DNA of 64,000 nt from a virus, in IMG/VR virus record IMGVR_UViG_3300032240_003128; one strand, given 5' to 3'. The notes under the pieces are model-generated. The model ran no database searches. It worked only from the letters and a program-made list of their open reading frames with translations, and had not been told where the DNA came from. This document shows positions 9,002 through 19,062 of the stretch, one piece after another. Every line of letters begins with the position of its first letter. Position 1 is the stretch's first letter. The translations under genes and the position numbers were made by a program.

Positions 9002-9715
9002 ATGTTTGAAGTAGAATTTAAATATTATAAGCAAAAAGAAGATCTAGATTACAACAAAGAGGAGCCGTTTGTTTTCAAAAACAAATTTGGCAAAATCGAT
9101 GAAGATTATCCAAAAGAAAAATTAGCTAAATATATCCTTACGCAATTAGCTCGTCGTGATATTTTCATATACGATCTAGAAATTTATGAATTCACAAAAA
9201 AGAAAGTAAATTTTAAACTTGGTAAAAATGGTTTTTTGATTGCTGGAATCAAGTTTAATAATTCCGATTTAGCTGAAGATTGTAATCTTGAAAATGATGT
9301 TCCAACAGAACCTCAAGCTATTCCAAAAATACAACAACCTGCACCACAGCCACAAAACAAATTTATTAACTTAGCCAATAAGTTTGGTGATTTGAAAAAT
9401 AGAAAAATAATGCGAAAAGTAGCATTTGTTCCGCCATTAAGGATGGATAAATCAAAATTCCCTTATAAGTTCACATTAAACAAAATATATCCTGTTTATT
9501 CTGAAAGATATAATAATAATGGTATTGGTATGTTTATTACTACAACAGATGATAACAATGATGTTTTAGAAGTTATTGATGAATATTTTGTTCCAGCGAA
9601 TACATCGCTTGAGTATGAGAATGAAATGGATGCAGGTAAGCGTGGTAATAATGATTTGTTGAATTGGCAAGGAGACAGATCAACAGGACCGATGATTAAT
9701 TTGAGAGGAAAGTAA
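9002..9715 (+). CDS. hypothetical protein
   Basis: 237 aa ORF in operon. Confidence 0.7.
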   Translation: MFEVEFKYYKQKEDLDYNKEEPFVFKNKFGKIDEDYPKEKLAKYILTQLARRDIFIYDLEIYEFTKKKVNFKLGKNGFLIAGIKFNNSDLAEDCNLENDVPTEPQAIPKIQQPAPQPQNKFINLANKFGDLKNRKIMRKVAFVPPLRMDKSKFPYKFTLNKIYPVYSERYNNNGIGMFITTTDDNNDVLEVIDEYFVPANTSLEYENEMDAGKRGNNDLLNWQGDRSTGPMINLRGK

Positions 9716-10002
9716 TGAATCAGCGGGAAAAAGATCAAAAAAAGAAAGCTAGAGCGATTGCATCAAGAAAGAAAGTGCTTGCTCGTAGATTGGAAATTAG
9801 AAAAACAAGAAAAGAAGAAATTACATTAGAAAAAGAATTTGAATCTAGGGAATCTAAATATTTAAGCAGAGAAGAGATTACGCAACAATTGGAGCATAAT
9901 CTCAAAATTCTTGAGCAGTATGAAAAATTATTAGCAGAGCAAGACAAGTCGCTTGACAATAGTTCTTTGCCTGATAATAATAGCAGTACACCTATGGTGT
10001 GA
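9715..10002 (+). CDS. basic hypothetical protein
   Basis: TAATG coupling to the upstream gene. Confidence 0.65.
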   Translation: MNQREKDQKKKARAIASRKKVLARRLEIRKTRKEEITLEKEFESRESKYLSREEITQQLEHNLKILEQYEKLLAEQDKSLDNSSLPDNNSSTPMV

Positions 10003-10067
10003 ACCTTTGGGGACAGGTAAAGTCCTTAGCAGTGTGGTGTGTAATACACCCAGAAAGGCAGTTGGTT

Positions 10068-11009
10068 ATGGCAGATTACGAGTTAGACACCCTTGATATT
10101 AACGAAATTGGCAGAGAAGCTAATCGTCTTAACAAGGAACAGACAGCAACAAACGACAATTATGTCAGGATGCCGGAAAAAGATGGATTTGTTTTGATCC
10201 GCATTCTTCCAAAGCTTAAAGGCAAACCATTTTTTCATGCGGTAAGAATTCATCGGCTTGGTGAATATCCAAACGCTAAAACAATTTTTTGCACAAGAGA
10301 ATTGATCAAAACTCCCAAAGGCGAGTTTTGGAAAGCATCTAGCCCAGATCGTGAATGCCCAATTTGCAGAGAATATAATGCAATGTGGGAGAAGTCTAAA
10401 AAGATGCCTCCTTCACAAGCAAAAGTTATTCAGGAACAAGCTCGATCAATTAAGCCTGTTGAACGGTATTACTACAATGCCATTGTTCGATCTCAGCTTA
10501 ATGGCAAAACCAATCAAATTGAAAACAATGTTGGACCCAAGATTTTCTCTTGTGGTAAGACTTTGCACAATATCATTTGTGTTTCAATTTATGGCAATGA
10601 AACTACCGGCAAACGCAAATTAGGTGACGTTGCTAGTCCTGTTAACGGCAGAGATTTTAAGGTTGTTAAGGTGGTTCGTGGTGCCAATGGTTATCCAAAC
10701 TACGATCAATCTTTCTTCGAAGATCCTTCACCTCTTGGAACGAAGGAACAAATCAACAATTGGCTTTCATCTTATCAAGATCTGGAATCGATCCCAGTTT
10801 ATCTGACGATTCAACAGATCGAGGAGGCGATTCATTCGTTTCTTTCGGGAGATGAGCCCGTTGCACAAGTTGCAGCAGAGGCACCAAAGAAAGCAGTATC
10901 GAAAAATGCTGCGCCAAAGGTTGAAGAAGGCTTGCTAGATGACGTTGAAGGTTTGATTGACTCTGATATCGAAGCACAGCTTGGTAATATTGGGTTTGGA
11001 AAGAGGTAA
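10068..11009 (+). CDS. gp32-like single-stranded DNA-binding protein
   Basis: IRILP, H...C...CPIC zinc ligands, GRDFKVVK, GYPNYDQSFF and acidic tail. Confidence 0.85.
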   Translation: MADYELDTLDINEIGREANRLNKEQTATNDNYVRMPEKDGFVLIRILPKLKGKPFFHAVRIHRLGEYPNAKTIFCTRELIKTPKGEFWKASSPDRECPICREYNAMWEKSKKMPPSQAKVIQEQARSIKPVERYYYNAIVRSQLNGKTNQIENNVGPKIFSCGKTLHNIICVSIYGNETTGKRKLGDVASPVNGRDFKVVKVVRGANGYPNYDQSFFEDPSPLGTKEQINNWLSSYQDLESIPVYLTIQQIEEAIHSFLSGDEPVAQVAAEAPKKAVSKNAAPKVEEGLLDDVEGLIDSDIEAQLGNIGFGKR

Positions 11010-11031
11010 ATTTTAATAAATTTTTCAATCT

Positions 11032-11064
11032 AACAGGGAGCCTAAAAAGGCTCCCTGTTTTTTT
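11032..11064 (+). terminator. intrinsic terminator
   Basis: 12 bp stem AACAGGGAGCCT/AGGCTCCCTGTT followed by a T-run. Confidence 0.85.
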
Positions 11065-11115
11065 ATTTATTACACTCTATTAGTTTGAGTCAAATTGTTC
11101 TGCATGGAGTTTAGC

Positions 11116-12321
11116 ATGGCTCGTCAAAAGAAAGATTCAGCTTCCCTTGATAATTTATTCACCGATATCGCAAGCGCAACTGGCGCAGAGCTAGTATCCG
11201 AACTTGATCAAGCTCGATATTTTATAGATACAGGCAATTTTGCCATCAATTATTGCTGCTCTGGCAAGTTTTATGGTGGTGGCATCCCCGGTGGCAGATT
11301 GTCTGAAATTTATGGTCCATCAGCATCAAGCAAAAGCCTTATTGGTGCAAACATTCTTGCTGGTATGCAAAGAATGGGTGGCATTGGAGTTATTCTTGAC
11401 ACTGAAAACGCTATCAATGGCGAATTCATTCAGAATGCAACTAAGTGTGATATAAGCAAGTTGCTAAGATACACTCCTGAAACATTAGAAGATTGTTTTA
11501 GCACGATGTATCGTGTCATTAATTATATTCGCAAAGTGAAGAAAATAGAAGTTCCAGTTTGCATTGTTTATGATTCTATTTCTGTTTCACCAAGTGCTAG
11601 AGAATTCAGGGAAACAAAATTGCCTGAAGGATATAGCAAGGCTGATTTTAAACGTATTGTTGGCGGGAACGAACAGCCCGGAGAACGTGCAAAGATTTGT
11701 TCTAAAGAATTAAGAAAACTTAACACTGAAATGGAGCAGAATGATGTTACAGTGGTGGTCCTCAATCAGATTCGTGATAAAATTGGTGTTCTTTACGGTA
11801 ATCCCGAAACTACTGCTGGAGGGGGACAAGGATTGCCATTTTACGCTTCGTTAAGAATGCGTAGTCAAACTCAGAAGAAGATTGAACAAAGCGTTGCCGG
11901 ATCAGCTAAGAAAAAGATTCTTGGCATTAACATTAAGATTCAGAACAAGAAAAACAGATCTTATCGTCCTTTTGTTGAAGTTGATAATATTCCTCTTTAT
12001 TTCGACAGAGGAATGAATCCATTGGGTGGTGCTTTGGGCGCATTGCTGGATTCTGGAAGAATTATTTCGAATGGATCAGGTAATTTCTCAGTAAATCCAG
12101 AATTTACTGATGGCAAAGAAGTTAAATTTAAATCTTCAATGGAAAGAAATGACATCCCAGTGGAGATTGCTCAAGAATATTCTCGAATTCTTGATGCCAC
12201 AGAAGAGCAAATGAAGGAATATTTGCAGTTATATGCAGATGTGATAAATTATAAAGTATCTGGCGAAGTCATCGATGCAGATGATGAATCTGATCTTGAA
12301 GTGGACGATCTTTTAGGATAA
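11116..12321 (+). CDS. recA: RecA/UvsX recombinase
   Basis: GGIPGGRLSEIYGPSASSKS, DTE, YDS, NQIRDKIG and GGGQGLPFYAS motifs. Confidence 0.92.
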   Translation: MARQKKDSASLDNLFTDIASATGAELVSELDQARYFIDTGNFAINYCCSGKFYGGGIPGGRLSEIYGPSASSKSLIGANILAGMQRMGGIGVILDTENAINGEFIQNATKCDISKLLRYTPETLEDCFSTMYRVINYIRKVKKIEVPVCIVYDSISVSPSAREFRETKLPEGYSKADFKRIVGGNEQPGERAKICSKELRKLNTEMEQNDVTVVVLNQIRDKIGVLYGNPETTAGGGQGLPFYASLRMRSQTQKKIEQSVAGSAKKKILGINIKIQNKKNRSYRPFVEVDNIPLYFDRGMNPLGGALGALLDSGRIISNGSGNFSVNPEFTDGKEVKFKSSMERNDIPVEIAQEYSRILDATEEQMKEYLQLYADVINYKVSGEVIDADDESDLEVDDLLG

Positions 12322-12335
12322 TCGAGGTAAAGATC

Positions 12336-12809
12336 ATGACACCGTCTTATGTCATGCTTAAATGTCCTGATGGCAAAAGCATCGTGACAAGTTATAACAA
12401 CTTGTTGTCTTTGTCAGAATTTATCGATTGTTTCAACATTAAAGTTGAAAGTTGCAAAATAGATGATATGGAAAACGCTGTTAGTTTAGAGGAAATTGCA
12501 AATATATTTTGCGATTCCAATTATGTTAAAAATTCTACTATTGCTGTAGAAACATCAGAAACGCCTGATAATAATATGACGAAAGACAAATCTTCTCGTT
12601 ATATCAGAAACAAAATCAAAGAAACAATACTTGAGAAGAAAGAAATATCTTTCTCTCAAATTTGTAAAATGTTTTCTAACTTTAACTATTCTGTTCCCGG
12701 TTTAAATAATAATTTTAAAATTGCTCGTCAAGAACTAGAATCTGATGGATACAATTGCGTTCGGTTAAAACGAGGTGTTTATCGTTTAGAAGGACGAAAT
12801 AATGAATGA
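12336..12809 (+). CDS. hypothetical protein, possible C-terminal winged helix
   Basis: GAGG SD; ends VRLKRGVYRL, a wing-like pattern. Confidence 0.6.
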   Translation: MTPSYVMLKCPDGKSIVTSYNNLLSLSEFIDCFNIKVESCKIDDMENAVSLEEIANIFCDSNYVKNSTIAVETSETPDNNMTKDKSSRYIRNKIKETILEKKEISFSQICKMFSNFNYSVPGLNNNFKIARQELESDGYNCVRLKRGVYRLEGRNNE

Positions 12810-13290
12810 ACAAGTGTTTGTTAATCGATTAGAAGGATTAAAAGAAGCAGTAAAATATGGCAGACTAATGGGTCATGTCCTTCAAGAGTATTCATCTTTA
12901 AAAGGTAATCCAGATCTTGAAATATCTACAAAAGAGTTTAAAACTTGGATATTTAACATTGATGGTTATGATGTCCAATTTTATTTTAATCGGGTAGAAA
13001 CAGATTACTTTGAAACAGAAAGAAATATAATTGAAACTTTGCAAATTTGGTCTGATGATTTATATTTTTTGCCATTTGTTGTATCTTTCAAGATAGCAAT
13101 GGCTTTTTTTGGTGATGGAGGAATGATATTAACGCAAATTTTAACGCCTAACAGATTTATTTATTGTTGGACTAAAATGTATGATGAAGAAAATAATACC
13201 TTGTCTCCAGTCAAAGGATCATGCTTAAATAAAAGTTTTTTAGGACACAAATACTATCTTATTAAAGACGTGCCTACATTTGTTGAATAA
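12802..13290 (+). CDS. hypothetical protein
   Basis: 162 aa ORF overlapping the upstream stop. Confidence 0.65.
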   Translation: MNEQVFVNRLEGLKEAVKYGRLMGHVLQEYSSLKGNPDLEISTKEFKTWIFNIDGYDVQFYFNRVETDYFETERNIIETLQIWSDDLYFLPFVVSFKIAMAFFGDGGMILTQILTPNRFIYCWTKMYDEENNTLSPVKGSCLNKSFLGHKYYLIKDVPTFVE

Positions 13291-13354
13291 TATCTGACGT
13301 TAGAGTTATAAATATATTAACTCCTCCGGAGCAGCAATAAAATGCTGATTAAAA

Positions 13355-13672
13355 ATGACAAATAAAAAGCCTTCCACCAATAGGATTCAATCATCTTTAA
13401 TAAAACATTTAGAAAAATATGGAATAATTCAATTACAATTACCTGATAATTTTGTTTTAGAGGTAGGGATTAATAACGACGACGATGATTCTGGCAATGC
13501 CAAAAAAACAGAAAATTATTGTTATGTGATTGTTAAAAATGACATTAGAGCAACAGTTATCGACAAATATAATATTGGTATTCGTTGTGAGGATAGTGAA
13601 AAGTCTGTTATTCTGGAAGATAAATTTGTTGATAATGATGGTAATAAAGTTCGATCTATAAATGTTGTTTAA
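13355..13672 (+). CDS. hypothetical protein
   Basis: 105 aa ORF downstream of a TATAAATA element. Confidence 0.65.
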   Translation: MTNKKPSTNRIQSSLIKHLEKYGIIQLQLPDNFVLEVGINNDDDDSGNAKKTENYCYVIVKNDIRATVIDKYNIGIRCEDSEKSVILEDKFVDNDGNKVRSINVV

Positions 13673-13696
13673 TAACTAATTTAGATTGGGTTTCCA

Positions 13697-13978
13697 ATGT
13701 TGTTCGAGGACTTTACTGTGAAAAAAAATCCATCTTTTTTTGTTAAGATGAGCGATTACGATTTGATATACATCTATACGAGGCTTTTGCATCGTTATCA
13801 AGATGATTTGTCTCAAGCTTTTGATTTAATATGTAAGAAATTTTTAGATATAAATGAATACTTGACAAATGTTGATTGTTCATCTGATTTTCATGCTAAT
13901 TTAGAATTTTTAACTGATTTTGTTTTTATTGAAGTCAAACGTCGAAAAATTGCAGACCCAGTTCTAAACCCGCTCTAA
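13697..13978 (+). CDS. hypothetical protein
   Basis: 93 aa ORF followed by a terminator. Confidence 0.6.
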   Translation: MLFEDFTVKKNPSFFVKMSDYDLIYIYTRLLHRYQDDLSQAFDLICKKFLDINEYLTNVDCSSDFHANLEFLTDFVFIEVKRRKIADPVLNPL

Positions 13979-14003
13979 GGGGGTGATTTCTAGGGTTGGA
14001 ACT

Positions 14004-14033
14004 ATAGCCCACCGGAAACGGTGGGCTATTTTT
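14004..14033 (+). terminator. intrinsic terminator
   Basis: ATAGCCCACCG-GAAA-CGGTGGGCTAT plus T-run. Confidence 0.85.
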
Positions 14034-14037
14034 AAAT

Positions 14038-14065
14038 TTGACACAGCATCCGGTGTAGATATAAT
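14038..14065 (+). promoter_or_regulatory. consensus sigma70 promoter (leaderless)
   Basis: TTGACA-16-TATAAT, in-frame ATG 7 nt downstream at 14073. Confidence 0.75.
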
Positions 14066-14072
14066 AATGGAC

Positions 14073-15854
14073 ATGATTATCACAATCGAAGAGACTGAAG
14101 AAAAAAATTCTTCCTTGTTTTTGCATTACAAATACCCATTTGAAAAATTTAATGTTGTTCAAAGCACAGTCTTCGAACATTATCAATCTTCAAATAATTT
14201 TATTATCGCTTCTGCTACAAACAGCGGAAAAACTGTTATGGCAGAATTTTTTCTATTTGATGCTTTAATTGAAAAAAAGAAAAAAGCTATTTACCTGTGT
14301 CCTCTTAAATCTCTTGCCTCTGAAAAGTATACTGCTTGGTCTGATGAGTCTCATCCTTTCCATAAGAGCAAAATTAGACTTATGTCTGGGGATGAGGAAA
14401 AAACACATAGCGGCAATCTTATCGTAGCCACCATTGAAAGCTTTTGCCATAAGGTCAGGACTGAGCCAAGTTGTTTTGATGATGTAGAAGTCATTGTTGT
14501 AGATGAAGCGCATATGCTTGGAACTGATGATCGTGGAGCTACTCTTGAGTTCGCTTTGACAGAGTTTTCAAGAAAAAACAGTTCTAAGATAGTTTTTTTA
14601 AGCGGAACGCTGCCTAATGCCAATCAAATAGCAGAATGGTTGTCCATATTAAATAAAAGAAAAACAATGGTTCTTAACTCAAAGTATAGAGCCGTTCCAC
14701 TTGATGTTCATTATAGAAAATATGACACTTCTCTAAATCAAGGACCAAATCCTGTTGATATGTTTGACTCAATAGTCAAAATTTGTGAAAAGAATATTTC
14801 TGACAAAATACTTATATTCGTACATTCTAAAAACTTAGGCAAAAGATTAGTCAAGTATGTTGTAGAAAGAGGATTAGAAGCTAAATTTCATTCTGCTGAT
14901 CTTGCTGCGGGTAAAAGAAAATCATTAGAAAAAGAATTCAAAGATGGCTCTTTAAGATTACTTGTTGCAACAAGCACACTTGCTGCTGGTGTCAATTTAC
15001 CAGCTAGAAGAGTAATCATTGCTGGAGTTGTCAGAGGAAACCAATTAGTAGAAAAGTCTGAAATATTTCAAATGATTGGTCGTAGTGGCAGGAAAGGAAT
15101 CGATGATCAGGGTGATGCTTATATATTTTTCCCTGACAATAAGATTAGCTTGGCTAATGAGTACAAAAAAGTCGATAACATTTCTTCAAAATTGTTTTTG
15201 ATAAACGATGATCTTGAGTACCACAAACTTGCTGGTCATATTCTCGCTTTAATTCACTTAGAGAAAAAACTTAGTTTTGACAAAATATGGAGTGTGCTTT
15301 GCAACACACTAGGTGCTTGTTCAGGCAAAATTAAATCTGATTATTTGAAAAATACACTAGATCGTTTAGTTAACATGAAATTTATTGAGCTTGTTGATGG
15401 TGACTACAAAATAAAAAAACTTGGAATTCCAAGCGTATTGTTTTTTATTGATCCTTACGATTTAAACGTCTGGGTTAAAAACTTCTCTCGTTATTTTGCG
15501 GGATCTTCAAGAAAAGATTCTTTGGTAACTTATTATCTTTCTTTAATCCCATCTAATATGAAGTCGTTCATCACAGAAGAAGAAAAATTATTTTGCATGC
15601 AATACGCTGACAGACTTAGAGAATTGCTTGGTCCTAATTTTATCGAGACAACAGCTATTAAGAATGGATATCTTTATTATTGCATGCTGAATAATAGATC
15701 AACAGGTATATTATCACCTATGATTCCTGCTATTGTTAAGGATTTTGGCAGGATATGTGCTTGTTTGAATATGGTGTCAAAAATTTGCCAATGGAAATGC
15801 GAACATAATTTCTTCATTGGTTTGAAAGAAAGATTTCATCGTAAAAAAGTTTAA
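14073..15854 (+). CDS. Ski2/Hel308-like DEAH-box SF2 helicase
   Basis: Q motif FNVVQ, SATNSGKT, PLKSLA, DEAH, TSTLAAGVNLPA and QMIGRSGR; start re-called. Confidence 0.88.
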   Translation: MIITIEETEEKNSSLFLHYKYPFEKFNVVQSTVFEHYQSSNNFIIASATNSGKTVMAEFFLFDALIEKKKKAIYLCPLKSLASEKYTAWSDESHPFHKSKIRLMSGDEEKTHSGNLIVATIESFCHKVRTEPSCFDDVEVIVVDEAHMLGTDDRGATLEFALTEFSRKNSSKIVFLSGTLPNANQIAEWLSILNKRKTMVLNSKYRAVPLDVHYRKYDTSLNQGPNPVDMFDSIVKICEKNISDKILIFVHSKNLGKRLVKYVVERGLEAKFHSADLAAGKRKSLEKEFKDGSLRLLVATSTLAAGVNLPARRVIIAGVVRGNQLVEKSEIFQMIGRSGRKGIDDQGDAYIFFPDNKISLANEYKKVDNISSKLFLINDDLEYHKLAGHILALIHLEKKLSFDKIWSVLCNTLGACSGKIKSDYLKNTLDRLVNMKFIELVDGDYKIKKLGIPSVLFFIDPYDLNVWVKNFSRYFAGSSRKDSLVTYYLSLIPSNMKSFITEEEKLFCMQYADRLRELLGPNFIETTAIKNGYLYYCMLNNRSTGILSPMIPAIVKDFGRICACLNMVSKICQWKCEHNFFIGLKERFHRKKV

Positions 15855-15890
15855 TCATGCTCTCTTAGTTAAAGGCTTTGAGGGAATATC

Positions 15891-16514
15891 ATGTTGATGG
15901 AAAAGTTTTACACAGGACGGCAAACAAAGCCTAAATTGATTAAATTTACCCATAACGATTTAGAAAAGATTGCTTATAAGGTTTGCATAGAACCTGATGA
16001 ATATAAAATATGTGTTGAAAGTGCAAGCAATATGTGGGCTAACAAAAAAAAGGGATCATATGGTAAAGGATTAGTTAATACTGAAGATGATCCTTATAAG
16101 ACTGAAAGAACTGGAAAATTGGGAGAAATGGCTTTTTCTAAACTCTTTCAATTTCCTGTTGATTTGACTTATCGGGAAGGTGGAGATGATCAAGATTTCA
16201 TTTGTAACGGAATGAAATTGAATATCAAAACCAGTACAAAAAAGCCTTGGTATATGGCTGGCTTGGTTACTGCTGGGCATTATCGAGGATCTAATTTCGT
16301 TCCTTTGGAGATCAAACACGATTATTATGTGTTTGGTTACATTGAAATGGAAGACAAAAAAGCCAATACTGCTTCAATAGTTTTTGTTGGCGGATGTGAC
16401 AAAAAAACATTGATTAACAGAGAAGTTAAAAGAGCAATCAAAGGTTCACATATGAATTATCAAATTCCTTATTCGGAATTGGTAGATATTGATAAAGTTA
16501 GTTTCAATCAGTAG
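15891..16514 (+). CDS. putative PD-(D/E)XK-like nuclease
   Basis: GKLGEMAF...DDQDF...LNIKT pattern. Confidence 0.45.
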   Translation: MLMEKFYTGRQTKPKLIKFTHNDLEKIAYKVCIEPDEYKICVESASNMWANKKKGSYGKGLVNTEDDPYKTERTGKLGEMAFSKLFQFPVDLTYREGGDDQDFICNGMKLNIKTSTKKPWYMAGLVTAGHYRGSNFVPLEIKHDYYVFGYIEMEDKKANTASIVFVGGCDKKTLINREVKRAIKGSHMNYQIPYSELVDIDKVSFNQ

Positions 16515-16743
16515 GTTTGCCAAAGAAGTTTTCTGGATATTCCATCTTAACGATTTTTTCTCCTTTGACTTCTTCTTCCCAAAATCGTACCTGTTCCACA
16601 GATACACCTAATTCAATATAATGACATTTATCATTTGGATTTACAGGCATATTAACACTTTTTCCGTTATGTAATATGTTTACTTTGCAAATATTTTCTT
16701 TTTTATCAAAGCAAAAACAGTTCTTGCATTTCTTCTTGCTCAT
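16504..16743 (-). CDS. small Cys-rich protein
   Basis: CKNC...C...CH. Confidence 0.65.
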   Translation of the reverse strand: MSKKKCKNCFCFDKKENICKVNILHNGKSVNMPVNPNDKCHYIELGVSVEQVRFWEEEVKGEKIVKMEYPENFFGKPTD

Positions 16744-16757
16744 ACTATAATAGAGTC

Positions 16758-17390
16758 ATGAAAAACATCATTGTTGGATTATTTGGACAGGCAGCATCTG
16801 GCAAAGATACAGTCGCAGCAATGCTTGCTCCACGGTTGTGGGAATATATTGATTACGACAGACCTCTTGTTACAAAAATTGCTTTTGCATACAATGTGAA
16901 GAAAATATTTTGTGATTACTTTGACGTTGGTTTTGATTTTATTGAAGAATGGAAAAGAAATCCTGAACCTCCTCCCGGTTTTTCAATGAATGTCAGACAG
17001 GCTTTACAAATGATTGGTGATGGATTTAGAAAAGTTAAAAATTCTGTTTGGATCGACAAAGTTTTGAATAGAATGCAAAATGTAATCATCACAGATGGTC
17101 GTTATCTTAACGAAGCTAAAGCAATTAAGGAAAAAGATGGTATTGTGATTCTTATTGATCGTCCCAGTCATCGTAATGCTGATCAGAACGATAGTGAAAA
17201 GATTATGGGAGAAGTGTCAGATTATTTTGGAAATAAAGATGTGAATGGAATTGTTTCTGATAGTAATTATCCTATGTTTGATTATTACATAAAAAATGAT
17301 AGCAGCATTTCAAATCTAGAAGAGAAGATAATACAACAATTGATTCCTTTCATTGTTGAAAAGTTTGAATTAAAAGGATATGAATATTAA
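16758..17390 (+). CDS. deoxynucleoside monophosphate kinase
   Basis: GQAASGKDT, RQALQMIG and ITDGRYLNE motifs. Confidence 0.88.
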   Translation: MKNIIVGLFGQAASGKDTVAAMLAPRLWEYIDYDRPLVTKIAFAYNVKKIFCDYFDVGFDFIEEWKRNPEPPPGFSMNVRQALQMIGDGFRKVKNSVWIDKVLNRMQNVIITDGRYLNEAKAIKEKDGIVILIDRPSHRNADQNDSEKIMGEVSDYFGNKDVNGIVSDSNYPMFDYYIKNDSSISNLEEKIIQQLIPFIVEKFELKGYEY

Positions 17391-17424
17391 TTCACAATCT
17401 ATTATTGTTGAAAAACAAATAAAT

Positions 17425-18396
17425 TTATCCGTAATTTGCTCGTGTATTTGGACTTCCTGTTTTTACAACTCGATCATAAGCATCCATTAATTCTTTATAA
17501 ATTTCAGATTTTTTAGATTCGGTATTTACACGGTAATAAAAATCTAACAGACTATCAATATCAGTATTTTTGCTTCTCAAATCACTTATAAGTACCTCAG
17601 AAGCAGCCAATAAAAGTTTAATTTGGTGAGAGCTAGAATTTTTTTCTTTTGCAAACGCATTGCACCATTCATCATTATTAAGAATATAATGAAAAATTCT
17701 TTTTTCATCTTCTGGCAAAAAAGCAACAAGTTGCTTTGCATATTCTTTCAAACGATCTACAGTTAAATCAGCTATTTTAAACAATGATTCTTTGCTCATA
17801 TAATTTTTTATTGCTGCAAGACGCACACCCATTTCTCTGGGATCGTTTAAATATTGAAACCAAGCACTCGAACCTTTTTTGGTATCATCTTGTTGTCCCG
17901 GAGGAAAAAAACGAACTGCACCTTGGCTTCTATTAAAGGGGGTTTCGCCTTGTTGAGTTGTATGTCGTAATTCGTGAGCTAATGTTTCTGCTCCATCTTT
18001 TGTTAATTTTCCATCTGATGTGGGAGTAGGAAGTTCAGCAAAAGCATTATTAGGCATAACCATAGTTTTTGAACTTCTGTTAAAATATGCTCTAGTACTT
18101 GCTCCCATAACTCTTGTCAATCCGCTTCTTGTCACAACAAGCATTCTTACTGGTTTGTCAAAAAATTCTTTAGATGTTGCAAATCCTATATCTCCCTGAC
18201 TAGGTTGTTGTAATTTATTAAAATCTGCATCCCATTTTTTAACGTCAAATTGCGCATTTCTTATCAGTTGTTTTGGTATTACATTTTTTTGAATTATTAT
18301 TTCATCAGGTCTATATTCTAGATTATTTTGTTCATCTTGTTGTTCTGTAAAATATCGTGGATAATTTGTTTTTAACCATTCAGCAAAATTTTTCAT
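17425..18396 (-). CDS. putative zincin metallopeptidase with capsid-targeting-like N-terminus
   Basis: MKNFAEWL start; LAHELRH plus downstream YLNDPREM glutamate. Confidence 0.6.
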   Translation of the reverse strand: MKNFAEWLKTNYPRYFTEQQDEQNNLEYRPDEIIIQKNVIPKQLIRNAQFDVKKWDADFNKLQQPSQGDIGFATSKEFFDKPVRMLVVTRSGLTRVMGASTRAYFNRSSKTMVMPNNAFAELPTPTSDGKLTKDGAETLAHELRHTTQQGETPFNRSQGAVRFFPPGQQDDTKKGSSAWFQYLNDPREMGVRLAAIKNYMSKESLFKIADLTVDRLKEYAKQLVAFLPEDEKRIFHYILNNDEWCNAFAKEKNSSSHQIKLLLAASEVLISDLRSKNTDIDSLLDFYYRVNTESKKSEIYKELMDAYDRVVKTGSPNTRANYG

Positions 18397-18420
18397 TTTA
18401 TCACCTATCATATTTATGAT

Positions 18421-19044
18421 TTATTTTAGGTTTTTCAAAGCATTTTCGGTCATTACAATGAATTCCCAGTTTCTTTTTTTGCAATAAACATTTGCTGCTT
18501 TCCATTTAGCAATGTTTTTGTTCCACTTTGTTTGTGATTTTGGTTTTATTTCCCACAATTCTATTTTTCCATCTGTGTATTCTACCAATATGTCGGGAAT
18601 GTAATTGTGTGTTCCTCCATTGAAGGAATATTCTATTTGCAAGCTTTCTGCTTTGTATTTTCTTACTTTAGGGTTTTTCTCTAAATGTTTGATAAATTTT
18701 AATTCTAAACCGCTTCGAAAAAATATATTACAATGATTTTTTTCTGAATAAAAATTGCCTTGCTTGAATTTAGTGCCCTTTTTGCCAGTCCTTTTTACTT
18801 TTTTTTTTACATCACGAATTATAAGTGCTCTTGTTTGAGTTCCCGGAGGAATCACTTCGCCAATATGCTTGGATCGATAATGAGCGATCAAATCTCTTGT
18901 AGGTATGCTGCAAGAGGGGCAAATGACGTAATCATCACCTTCTTTATGTTCTGTGACAATATGTGAACGAAAAACATCTAATTGATCATAACTTTGTTCG
19001 CAAATGAAACAACAATAGTTTCTACCTGTATTTTTTTTGTCCAT
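18421..19044 (-). CDS. C2H2 zinc-finger plus TnsA-like endonuclease (gp4 head-completion type)
   Basis: CFIC..H..H and CPSC..H..H; FRSGLE, YIPDILV, EIKP, KWKAA and MTE motifs. Confidence 0.75.
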   Translation of the reverse strand: MDKKNTGRNYCCFICEQSYDQLDVFRSHIVTEHKEGDDYVICPSCSIPTRDLIAHYRSKHIGEVIPPGTQTRALIIRDVKKKVKRTGKKGTKFKQGNFYSEKNHCNIFFRSGLELKFIKHLEKNPKVRKYKAESLQIEYSFNGGTHNYIPDILVEYTDGKIELWEIKPKSQTKWNKNIAKWKAANVYCKKRNWEFIVMTENALKNLK

Positions 19045-19062
19045 GTAATAATATATATTTAT

